In this document: positions 18,953 to 29,600 of the stretch, piece after piece
Numbering within the stretch: position 1 is the stretch's first letter
Layout: each line of letters begins with the position of its first letter
Assembly: GCA_963555995.3 (NCBI GenBank)
Contig: OY821641.1
Coordinates: forward strand, 3,232,001-3,296,000
Length of the DNA stretch: 64,000 bases
Reading direction: 5' to 3'
From: Vicinamibacteria bacterium
GTDB lineage: Bacteria; Acidobacteriota; Vicinamibacteria; Marinacidobacterales; Marinacidobacteraceae
Program-made: the position numbers and the translations under genes
The notes under the pieces: model-generated
What the model saw: the letters and a program-made list of their open reading frames with translations, nothing else
The model's database searches: none
What the model was told of the DNA's origin: nothing

Positions 18953-20539
18953 TCAGCCCGATGCCTCGGCGACCTCGAACCGTTCGACGTTGCGGGTCCG
19001 GCTGCTGAACTCCACCCCCACGAGGCGGACGGGGGCGCCGCCGACGCGGTACTTCTCCGCGTAGCCCCGTTCCCGAAGCTGCGCCAGCGCGGTTCCGCTT
19101 CCCGACTGCTCGATCACCTTGAATTCAAACAGCCACGCCTGGCCGAACGCGCGGACGGCCATGTCGAGCCGCCCCAGGTTCGTGCTGTCCTCCACCGTCA
19201 CGTCGAACCCCAGGCCGGCGAAGTACGAATAGAACACGCTCGCGTAGTACCCCTCGTAGTTCGCGATCTCGTTCCGGGTGAACCACTGGTGCGGAATCCC
19301 GGCGAACAGGCCGCGGAACCACCCTTCGAGCCCGGCGATGTCCTGTTCCTCCAGCAGCCGGAAGAGCCGCGTCCGGTTCCCCTCCCGCCGTCCCTGGTCC
19401 GGATCCAGGCGCGTCAGGAGATGCTGGTTCAGGGCCTTCTGCACTTCCCGGTTCGGATACCCGAGTCGGAACCGGACCTCCGCGCCGAACGCGACTTCCT
19501 CACGGATGGTCAGGTATCCGGTCTGGAACAGCAGCGCCTCCGTGGCGATGTGCTCCACGTCGAAAGCCGAGAGGAGGTCGCTGCTGCTCACCAGGTCGTC
19601 GAGCCGCGGCGTGATCGTCTTGCGCCGGATCAGGCTCTCCACCAGGAAACCCGGCGAAGCGCTGTCGAACCAGTGCGGCAGGAACTCGCGACTGTCGAAC
19701 AAGAGCAGCACTCCGAACGGGTTGTACACCCGCTCCTCTCCGCGCCAGTTGTAGCCGTCGTACCACTCCCGGATGCGGTCCCGGTCCAGGCCGGGCAACT
19801 CGGGGGCGAACACTTCGTCGAGATCGGACTCCCGGTAGCCGCAGATCGCCGCGTAGCGGCGGTCCAGCGTGATGTCCTTCAGGTTGTTCAACTCGGAGAA
19901 CAGGCTCACCTTGGAGAACTTGCTCACCCCCGTCAGGAAACTGAACCGGATGTGGGCATCCGAGTGCTTGAGGACCCCGTAGAGACCCCGCAGGAAGTCG
20001 CGGTTGGCGCGCGCCAGGTCCCGCGCCCGCTCCTCGGTGTCGCCGACACAGCGCCCGCTGAAGAGGGCGTCGAGGATGGGCTTGTCGTACTCGTCCACAA
20101 GCACCACGACGCGCCGTCCGGTCCGCTCGTGGAGCTCCCTCAGGACCGCCCGAAACCGGCCCGCGACCGTCTCGAATTGGGGCGACATCCCGGCAGCGCG
20201 CTCGATCTCGGCGATCCGGTCGAGCGTCTCGGCCCGCAGCGCGCCGGCTTCCGTGTAGTGGCCGCTGCTGAAATCGAGGCGCACCACCGGATTGCGGGCC
20301 GACCAGTCCCAGCGGTCGTGGATCGCCAGGCTCCGGAAGAGTGGCTCGTTCCCCTCAAAGAGCTCCTTGATCGTGTCCACCAGGAGACTCTTGCCGAACC
20401 GGCGAGGCCGGGAAAGGAAGTAGTGCTTCCCCTCCCGCGTCAGCCGTTCGATCCACGGGGTCTTGTCCACGTAGTAGGCGTCCGCCGTCCGGATTTCCCG
20501 GAAGGTCTGGACCCCGATGGGAAGACGGCGGCGGCGCAC
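18953..20539 (-). CDS. AAA-ATPase-like + PD-(D/E)xK nuclease protein
   Basis: LPIGVQTF, YYVDKT, SRPRRFGKSL (Walker A), VLVDEYDKP (Walker B), C-terminal GRLDM...LFEFK...ALAQ. Confidence 0.92.
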   Translation of the reverse strand: MRRRRLPIGVQTFREIRTADAYYVDKTPWIERLTREGKHYFLSRPRRFGKSLLVDTIKELFEGNEPLFRSLAIHDRWDWSARNPVVRLDFSSGHYTEAGALRAETLDRIAEIERAAGMSPQFETVAGRFRAVLRELHERTGRRVVVLVDEYDKPILDALFSGRCVGDTEERARDLARANRDFLRGLYGVLKHSDAHIRFSFLTGVSKFSKVSLFSELNNLKDITLDRRYAAICGYRESDLDEVFAPELPGLDRDRIREWYDGYNWRGEERVYNPFGVLLLFDSREFLPHWFDSASPGFLVESLIRRKTITPRLDDLVSSSDLLSAFDVEHIATEALLFQTGYLTIREEVAFGAEVRFRLGYPNREVQKALNQHLLTRLDPDQGRREGNRTRLFRLLEEQDIAGLEGWFRGLFAGIPHQWFTRNEIANYEGYYASVFYSYFAGLGFDVTVEDSTNLGRLDMAVRAFGQAWLFEFKVIEQSGSGTALAQLRERGYAEKYRVGGAPVRLVGVEFSSRTRNVERFEVAEASG

Positions 20540-20673
20540 CTCGCCACCTTACCCCAGCCGCCGGGCCGGACCTCCACCACGGATGCTCCTTCCCGCGAGC
20601 ACGGGTCGGGCGTCCGCCGCGGAAGCGCGATGGAGCACAATCCCCCCGGATCGCATCGAACAAGGAGGTGTTG

Positions 20674-23600
20674 ATGGCGTCCGACCACCCTGCCCGGGGT
20701 CCGGCGGCGCGACCGCGCGGGGCCGGAACTTCCTCGAACCGGGGAGAGCCCGTCGCCGTGATCGGGATGGCGTGCCGGTTCCCCGGCGCGCCGGACATTC
20801 CCTCGTTCTGGCAGCTGCTCGAGACGGGCGGGAACGCGGTCACCGAGGGGGTTCCCGGTTCGGGCGTCGGGCGGGTGGGGGAACTCCTCCCCGAGAGCGC
20901 CGCGAGCAACACCGCGTGCCGGTTCGGGGCCTTCGTCCCGGACCTGGACCTCTTCGACAACGGGTTCTTCCGGATCTCGCCGGTGGAGGCGGAGCTGCTG
21001 GATCCCCAGCAACGCATGATGCTGGAGGTCAGTTGGCAGGCCCTCGAGGACGCGGGGATTGATCCCGACCGGCTGAAGGGAAGCCGCACCGGCGTCTATG
21101 CCGGCATCAGCAACGACGAGTACCGCATGCTGGTGGTGGACGGGGAGAAGCCCGCCGAGGCCGCCGGATGCCTCTACGCGCTCAGCGGCACGAACCTGAA
21201 CGGGGCCGCGGGGCGCGTCTCCTTCGTGCTGGGGGTCATGGGGCCGGCGAAGGCGGTGGACGCCGCCTGCGCGTCGTCGCTCGTCTCGGTCCACGACGCG
21301 GTGGCCGACCTCCAGGCGGGGAAGGCGGACCTCGCGCTCGCGGGCGGCGTCCAGGCCATCCTGAACGGACGCATCTACGAACTCCGCGCCGATTCGATGA
21401 TGCTGTCGCCCGACGGGCAGTGCAAGGCGTTCGACGCGTCGGCGAACGGCTACGTGCGGGGCGAGGGCTGCGGGGTCGTGGTGCTGAAGCGCCTTCGCGA
21501 GGCCGAGGCGGACGGGGACCCCATCTGGGGAGTGATCCACGGCGCCTCGGTGAACCACGGCGGGGCCAGCGTCGGGCTGACGGTTCCGCACGAGCCCGCG
21601 CTCGTACGGGTGATGAACGAGGCGCTGTCCGACGCGGGCGTCGCTCCGGCCGACGTGGACTACATCGAGGCTCACGGCACCGGCACCACGGTCGGCGACC
21701 CGATCGAGATCAACGCGGTGGCGGCGGCCTACGCGAGGGAGCGCGAGGCCGAACACCCGCTGCTCGTGGGCTCCGTCAAGACCAACCTCGGCCACCTGGA
21801 GTCGGCGGCCGGGATCGCGGGGCTCATCAAGGCGGTGCTCGTCGTGAATCGGGGGGTCATTCCGAAGCATCTCCATTTCAGGGACCCCAACCCGAGCCTC
21901 GACTGGGAGCGGCTCCCGATCCGGGTGACCGCGGAGATGATGGCGTGGCCGCGCCGGAACGGCCGGCCGCGTCTCGCCGGGGTGAACTCGTTCGGGATTT
22001 CCGGAACGAACTCCCACCTGATCGTCGGGGAGTACCGCGGCGCCGAAGGCCAGCCCCCGCCGGCGGGACGGCTTGCGGCATCCACGCGGCCGGTGGTCGT
22101 CGGTGAGGCGCTCCGGGCGGACGGGGAGTTTCGGGAACGCGCCACGCGGGTTCTGCCCCTCTCGGGCAAGACGCCGGGAGCGCTCCAGCAGTTGGCGGGC
22201 CGCTACCGGGAATGGCTCGACGAGGCCGGGGCCGGGGATTCGGCGGCGCGCCGCCTCCCCGACGTGGCGTGGACGGCGGGCGTCGGCCGCAGCCAGTTCG
22301 ATCTCCGGGCGGCGGTCGTCTTCTCCGGCGCCGAATCCCTCCGGGAGCAGCTCCGCGCGCTGGCCGACGCCGGCGACGGGGTGGAGCCGGGCGCCCGGGC
22401 GAGGGTGGCCTTCGCCTACACGGGCCAGGGAAGCCAGTGGGCCGGCATGGGGGAGGCGCTCTACGGGACGGAGCCCGCCGTCCGGGCGGTCCTCGACCGG
22501 TGCGAGGCGGCGTTCCGCGAGGCCCGGGGGACATCGCTCCTCGACGTGATGTTCGGGCGCGGCGCCGGGGACGCCGACCTCGGCGACACGGCCTGGGAAC
22601 AGCCGGCGCTCTACGCGCTCGAGTGCGCGCTGACGGCGCTCTGGTCGAGCGTGGGGATCCGTCCCGACGTGGTGATGGGACACAGCGTCGGAGAGATCGC
22701 CGCCGCGCAGGCCGCGGGCGTGTTCCCGCTCGAAACCGGAATGCGGTTCGCCGCCGCGCGGGGAACGCTGCTGTCCGGAACCGCTCCGGGCGCGATGGCG
22801 GCGGCCTTCGCTTCGGCGGAACGGGTCGCGGCGGCCATCGCCGCGTGGAACGCCACCTCTTCGGAGCTGCCGGTGAACATCTCGGCGGACAACGGCGCCC
22901 ACCAGGTGGTGAGCGGCCCGGCGTCCGGGATCGAAGGCGTTTTGGAGCGGTTGCAGGAGGACGGGGTCCGGGTCCGGCGGCTCAACACGACCCGCGCGTT
23001 CCACAGCGCCCTCGTGGAGCCGGCGCTCCCGGAGCTGGAGGCGGTCCTGCACGGTCAGGAGATCGGGAGTCCCACCGTCACGCTGGTGAGCAACCTGACG
23101 GGCCGGCCGGTCGGGCCCGGCGAAGCCCTGGACGGCGCCTACTGGCGGCGTCACGCCCGGGAGCCGGTGGCTTTCGCGCAGGGGGTGGGCGCGCTCGCCG
23201 AACTCGGGGTGGACCTGGTGGTGGAGATCGGCCCGCGGCCGGTGCTCGCCCCCATGACGATGTCGGCGTGGCCGGCGTCGGCGGCGGCGCAGCCGCCGGC
23301 GGTGATCGCCAGCCAGCGCGCCCCGTCCGCCGACGAAGCGGCCGGGGGTCACGCGCACTTCGTCGAGGCGGTCGCGGAGGCCTGGGAAGCCGGTCTCCCG
23401 GTCCGTTTCGAGGGGCTCTTCACGGGGGAATCGCGCCGGCGCATCGGATTGCCGGGCTACCCGTTCCAGCGCGAGCGCTACTGGCTCAAGACGCCGAAAC
23501 GCCGGCGGCAGGCCGCGGGACACCCCCTGCTGGGGGTCCGGCACGAGTCCGCGCGCGGCGAGATCACCTTCGAGACAGAGGTGTTCCCCTCGGATCCGGC

Positions 23601-26600
23601 CTGGCTGAACGACCACCGGGTGTTCGAACGCCGGATCGCGCCGGGCGCGCTCTCCGGGGCGATGGCGATGGCGGCGTCGCTGTCGGAGGGCGGCGGACCC
23701 GTTTGTCTCGAGGACATGCAGTTGCACAACCCCCTGGTCTTCACGGAGGACAAGGCGGAAGGCGAAACGGACGAAGGCGGCCGGAAACTGCAGGTCGCGC
23801 TCGACCCTCCGGAGGCCGGAGCGCCGCGGCGCGTCCAGGTCTTCAGCAAGGGGCCGGAGGGCGAATGGACCCTGCATCTGGAAGGCCGGTTTTCGCCGGA
23901 TCCGGGGGGGCCGGAAACCGGCGGACGAACCGATCTGGAAGGCCTGAAGGCCGGGCTGGCGCCTGGAGACGTGGGCGCCTACTACCGGGCGCGGGCGGCC
24001 ACCGGGATCGCCCTCGGCCCGTCGTTTCGGACCCTGGAACGGGTGTGGTCCCGCCCTGGCGAGGCGCTCGCCGAGGTGTCCTTCCCCGAGGCTCTCGGCC
24101 GGCACGAACTGGAGATCCACCCGCTGGTGCTGGACGGATGCTTCCAGACGGTCGGCGTCGCGCGCCTGTCCGGCGGAGCGGACGAGGCCACCTACCTGCC
24201 GTTCGGCTGGGACCGCGTCTGGCTCACCGGCCGGCTGCCGGACCGGGTGATCTGCCACGTGCGGATGAACGAGGCTTCGCCGGCGTCCGAGGCGGGGTCG
24301 GGAGAGCCTCCGGAGGTGCTGAGCGGGGAGATCCGGATCTACGACCCGGGCGGCGCGCTGCTCGGCGGACTGGACGGCTACGCGGTGAAGCGGGCCACCC
24401 GCGAAGCGCTGCTCTCCGCGGTCGAGGGCGTGGACGAACTGCTCTACGAGGTCGTCTGGCGGGACCGCCCGCTCCCGGCGGGAATCTCACCGGCGGACTT
24501 CTTCCCGAGCCCGGAAACGGTCGCCGCCGGCCAGCAGCTCCTGTCCGAATACCTGACGGCCGAGGGGGTCGCTCCCCGGGACCGGAACGGTCTGCTCGCG
24601 GACCTGGAGCGATGGTCGCGCTCCCGGGCGCTCGCGACGCTGGAGGAACTGGGGTTCCGCCGGGAGGCCGGCGCAACGGTGGACCCGGAGGTCCTGCGCG
24701 AGGGACTGAACGTCCTCCCCGAGCACCGGCGCCTGTTCCGCCGGATGCTCGAGATGCTGGCCAAGTCCGGCGTGCTGGCGGAAGCGGGCGACGGATTCAC
24801 CGTAACCGTGGGAGCCGGGGACCCGTTGCCGGAGCACCTGCCGCGGGACCTCGACGCGTTCGCCGACCGGATGGTGGAGCGGTATCCCCACGGGGTCACC
24901 GAGGTCGGGCTCTTCCGGCGGTGCGGCAGCGCGCTCGGGCAGGCGCTCCGCGGCGAGGCCGATCCGCTGACGCTCCTCTTCAGCAGCGGAGATCCCACCC
25001 CCGCGGACCTCTACCTGAAGGCGCCGGTCGCGCGCGCCGCGAACAAGATGCTGCGCGACGCGGTGCGGGCGCTGCTGGCCGACAACCCGGAGGGACGCCG
25101 GCTCCGGGTGATCGAGGTCGGTGCGGGAACGGGGTCGGCGACCACCTACCTCCTGCCGGAACTCCCCGAAGGACAGTTCCTCTACACCTACACCGACATC
25201 TCCGCCGGATTCTTCGCGGAGGCCGAGTCGCGCTTCGGGGATGCCGGCGGGTGCATCGAGTACCGCCCGCTGGACGTCGAGAAGGACCCGGTCGGCCAGG
25301 GCTTCGAACGCCACGGCTACGACCTGATCATCGCGTCGAACGTCCTGCACGCCACGCGCTCCCTGCCGGAGACGCTGGGGCACTGCCTGGACCTGCTGGC
25401 GCCCTCGGGAACGCTGGTCGCGCTCGAGAACCTCAGCGGTCTCGGCTGGATGGACCTGACCTTCGGGCAACTCGACGGCTGGTGGCGGTTCGCCGACGAC
25501 TACCGCCCGCACCACGCGCTGGCGAGCCCCGCGGTGTGGCGGCAGGCCCTCGGCGACGCCGGCTTCACCGGCGCCGAAGTGCTGGGCGTGGACGAGTCGG
25601 ACGCGTCGGTGACACCGGACAAGGGCGTGATCGTGGCGCAGGGACCCGCCGAGGTGAAGGAGGCTCCCGGCGCCTGGGTGGTGACCGGCGACGGCGGCGG
25701 CCTGGGCGACGCGGTGGCGGCCGGCCTGGCGGGGCGCAACCAGACGGTGGTGCTCGCGAACGGAGCGGCGCCCGGCGGCGAGGTCCCGCCCATCAGCGGT
25801 CCCGGCGTCTTCCGGGTGGCGGTGGAGGCGGACCGTCGCGAGTCGTGGCAGTCCGCGCTCGCCGGCCTGCCGGGGGACCTGCCCTTCGGCGGCGCGGTGC
25901 ATCTCGCGTCGCTGGACGGCCACGGGACAACCGCAGCGACGGCGGAAGTCGCGGAGGACGTCCGGATGGCGGGGGCCGGTGCTCTCGCCCTCACCCAGGC
26001 GGTGGCCGATGCGGACCTCACCCCCGCGAAGGGCCTGTGGTTCATCACCCGCGGCGCGCAGGTACTGGAACGGGAGACCGGCGGGGAGATCGCCGGCGCG
26101 ACGCTCTGGGGCTTCGGCAAGGCGGTGGCGCGGGAAGCGCCGCACCTCCGGGCGCGGATGCTGGACCTCGATCCGGCGGCGACGGCTCCCGAGCCGGACC
26201 TCCTGAACGAGCTGCTCTATCCCGACGAGGAGAACCACATCGCCTACCGGCGGGGAACCCGGCGGGTGGCGCGGCTGGTCCGGGCGGGAACCGAAGGGGA
26301 ACGGCTGACCCTGCCGGAGGATTCCGAGTGGGCGCTCGCGCCGGACCCCGAGGGCGTCTTCGAGAAGCCGTACGTCAAGCCGCTGCCGCCGCCGCCGCTC
26401 GAACCGCGGGAGGTGCGGGTCGGGGTCGAGGCCGCCGGGCTCAACTTCTGGGACGTGTTCCGCTCGCTCGGCTTCATCCCGGAGGGGGACCTCGGCCGGG
26501 AGATGTGCGGCCGCGTCCTCGAGGTGGGCTCCGAGGTGTCGCGCGTCGCGGTCGGCGACCCGGTCGTCGGGCTGGGCTTCGGGGCGTTCGCGGCGGCGAT

Positions 26601-29600
26601 GGTGACCCACGAGGAACTGGTGGCGCCCGCGCCGGCGGGCTTCTCCGCCACCGGACTCGCCACGGTGCCGAGCGCGTTCGTCTCGGCGGCGCTGTCCTTC
26701 GAGTTCACGGGACTGGCGCCGGGCGAACGGGTCCTGATCCACGCCGGCGCGGGTGGCGTGGGACTGGCCGCCGTCCAGTGGGTGCAGGCCGCGGGCGCGG
26801 AGGTCTTCGCCACCGCGAGTGCACCGAAGCAGGCGTATCTCCGCTCGCTGGGCGTGGAGCACGTGTTCGACAGCCGCCGGACGGCGTTCGGGGAGGAGAT
26901 CCGCGAGGCCACCGGCGGCGAGGGCGTGGACGTGGTGCTGAACAGCCTCACCGGCGAGGGCTTCATCGCCGCCAGCCTCTCCTGCCTCCGCAAAGGAGGC
27001 CGCTTCGTGGAGATGGCCCGGCGGGACATCCTGAGCGAGGAGGAGATGGCGGCGGTACGTCCCGATGTCCGCTACCACATCCTCGAACTGGACGTCCTGA
27101 AGAAGACGGAGCCCGAGACGGTCGGGCGGGTCTTCCGCGCCCTCATGGCGCGGGTGGAGGCCGGCGAGCTGAAGCCCATCGTCCACAGCCGCTGGCCGCT
27201 GGCCGAGGCGGGGGCGGCGCTCGGGTTCATGCGGTCCGGCCGGCACCTCGGCAAGATCGTGGTGACCGCGCCGCCGCTCCGGGAGGCCCGGCTGCGCGAG
27301 AACCGGACCTACCTCGTGACCGGCGGCCTCGGTGGAATCGGCTGCGCGGTGGCCGAATGGCTCGCGGACCGGGGGGCGGAGACCATCGTGCTGAACGGGC
27401 GCCGGGCGCCGGATCCGGCGGCGGAGGAGACCATCCGCGCGCTGCGCGAACGCGGGGTGACGGTCGAGGTGGCGCTCGCGGACGTGTCCGACTCCGCCGC
27501 CGTGGACCGGATGCTGGCGCGGCTGGACCGGGAACTCCCGCCGCTCGGGGGGATCATCCACAGCGTCGGGGTGCTCGCGGACGCCGCGCTGACCAACCAG
27601 AGCTGGGAGAGCTTCGAGACCGTGCTGCGGCCCAAGATCCTGGGCGCCTGGCACCTGCATCGCGCGACCCTGGACCGCGACCTGGACCTCTTCCTCCTCT
27701 TCTCGAGCCGGGTCGGCGTCATCGGGAACCCGGGCCAGGCGAACCACGCCGCCGCCAACGCCTTCCTCGACCAGCTCGCCGGCCACCGCCGCGCGATCGG
27801 ACTCGCCGGTCAGGCGATCGCCTGGGGGGCCTGGTCCGAGATCGGCGAGGCCGCCGAACAGCGGGGGCGGATCGAACGGCAACGCGCGGCGCTCGGCGGG
27901 CGCTGGTTCACCCCCGAGCAGGGCATCCGGGCGCTCGACCGGCTCGTGCGGCAGGACGTCACCCACTCCGTGGTGATGGCGATGGACTGGGGCGTCTTCG
28001 AGGAGGCCGTTCCGGACCGCCCCGCCCTGGTCGAGGACCTGCTGTCGAGCGGCTCGGAGGCCGAAGAAGACGACGCGGCATCGTCCGAAGACCTGTTGAC
28101 CCGGCTCCGGGGACCGGTCGGGCGGGAGCGGCAGGACCTGCTGGTGTCGTTCCTCCAGGGAGAGGTGCAGGCGGTGCTGCGGCTGTCCTCGGCGCCTTCC
28201 CCTACCGTGGGGTTCTTCGACCTCGGCATGGACTCGCTGATGGCGGTGGAATTCCGGAACCGGCTGAACCGGGCGTTCTCCGGGGTCTATACGGCGCCCA
28301 ACACCGTGGTCTTCGACTATCCGGACATCTCGAAGCTCGCGGCGCATCTCGACGAGGAGCTTGGCGAGGTGAGCGAGGCGCCGGCCCCGGAGACCGAACC
28401 CGCATCCACTCCGTTCGCCGTCTCGGTGCCGGCCCCGGCCGCGCCGGTCGCGGCGGTCGCGGCGGCGCCGCCAGAAGTTGCGGCGGAGGCGGACGGCATC
28501 GCCATCGTCGGGATGGCGTGCCGCTTCCCCGGGGCTCCCGACCTCGAGGCCTTCTGGCGCCAGCTCGAGGCGGGAGTGGAAGCCGTCGCCGATGGACGGC
28601 CGGACGGCGGGTCGTGGACCGGAATCGCCGGAGACCCGGCAGGCGCGGACGACGGCACGCGGCGCGGCGGTTTCATCGAGGGGATGGACCGGTTCGACGC
28701 GCGTTTCTTCGGAATCACGCCGATCGGGGCGTGGACCATGGACCCGCAGCACCGGCTGCTGCTGGAGACGAGCTGGCGGGCGCTCGAGGATGCGGGTCTG
28801 GATCCGGAGAAACTCCGGGACAGCAACACCGGCGTCTATGCCGGGGTCGCTTCCAGCGAGTACCGGGACCTGATGCTGGCCGCCGGCGAGAACATGAGCT
28901 ATCTCGGCACCGCGGCGAGCATGGCGGTCGGGACCGTTTCGTTCCGGCTGGGTCTGACCGGGCCGGCGATGGCGGTCGAACTCAACTGCGCGTCCGCCCT
29001 GGTCGCCGTGCACCACGCGGTCACGGCCCTCCGTCAGGGCGAGGTGGACCTGGCGCTCGCCGGCGGCGTGAACGCCATCCTCTCCCCCGGCAAGACGAGC
29101 GAGATGGTGGCGCTCGGCATGCTCTCGCCGACGGGGCGCTGCCGGGCCTTCGACGCCGCCGCCGACGGCTTCCCGCGGGGCGAGGGCTGCGGGATGGTGG
29201 CGCTCAAGCGGCTCGCCGAAGCGGAAGCGGACGGCGACCGGATCTGGGGCGTGATCCGCGGGTCGGCGGTCAACCAGAGCGGGGCGAGCGCCGGTCCCAC
29301 GGTGCCGAACGGCCGCGCCCAGCAGGCGGTCATGGAGGCCGCGCTGGCGCGCGCCGGGGTCGCTCCCGCGGAGGTGGACTACCTGGAGGCCCACGGGAAC
29401 GGCTCGGTGATGGGCGACCCCATCGAGGTGCAGGCGGCGGCCGCGGTGTACGGCAGGGGACGCGCGGCGGGCCGCCCGCTGCTGCTGGGCTCGGTGAAGA
29501 CGAACGTCGGCCACCTGGAGACCGCGGCGGGGGTGGCGGCGCTCATCAAGACCGCGCTGGCGATGAACCGGGGCGTGATCCCGCGGCACCTGCACTTCGA

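Noticed and set aside
18385-19008. ORFs across REP regions (also 38445-38993, 46314-46721, 53635 onward)
   Set aside because: Translations are repeat-derived peptides (WNAGFSRH, CRLKPAF); most likely non-coding
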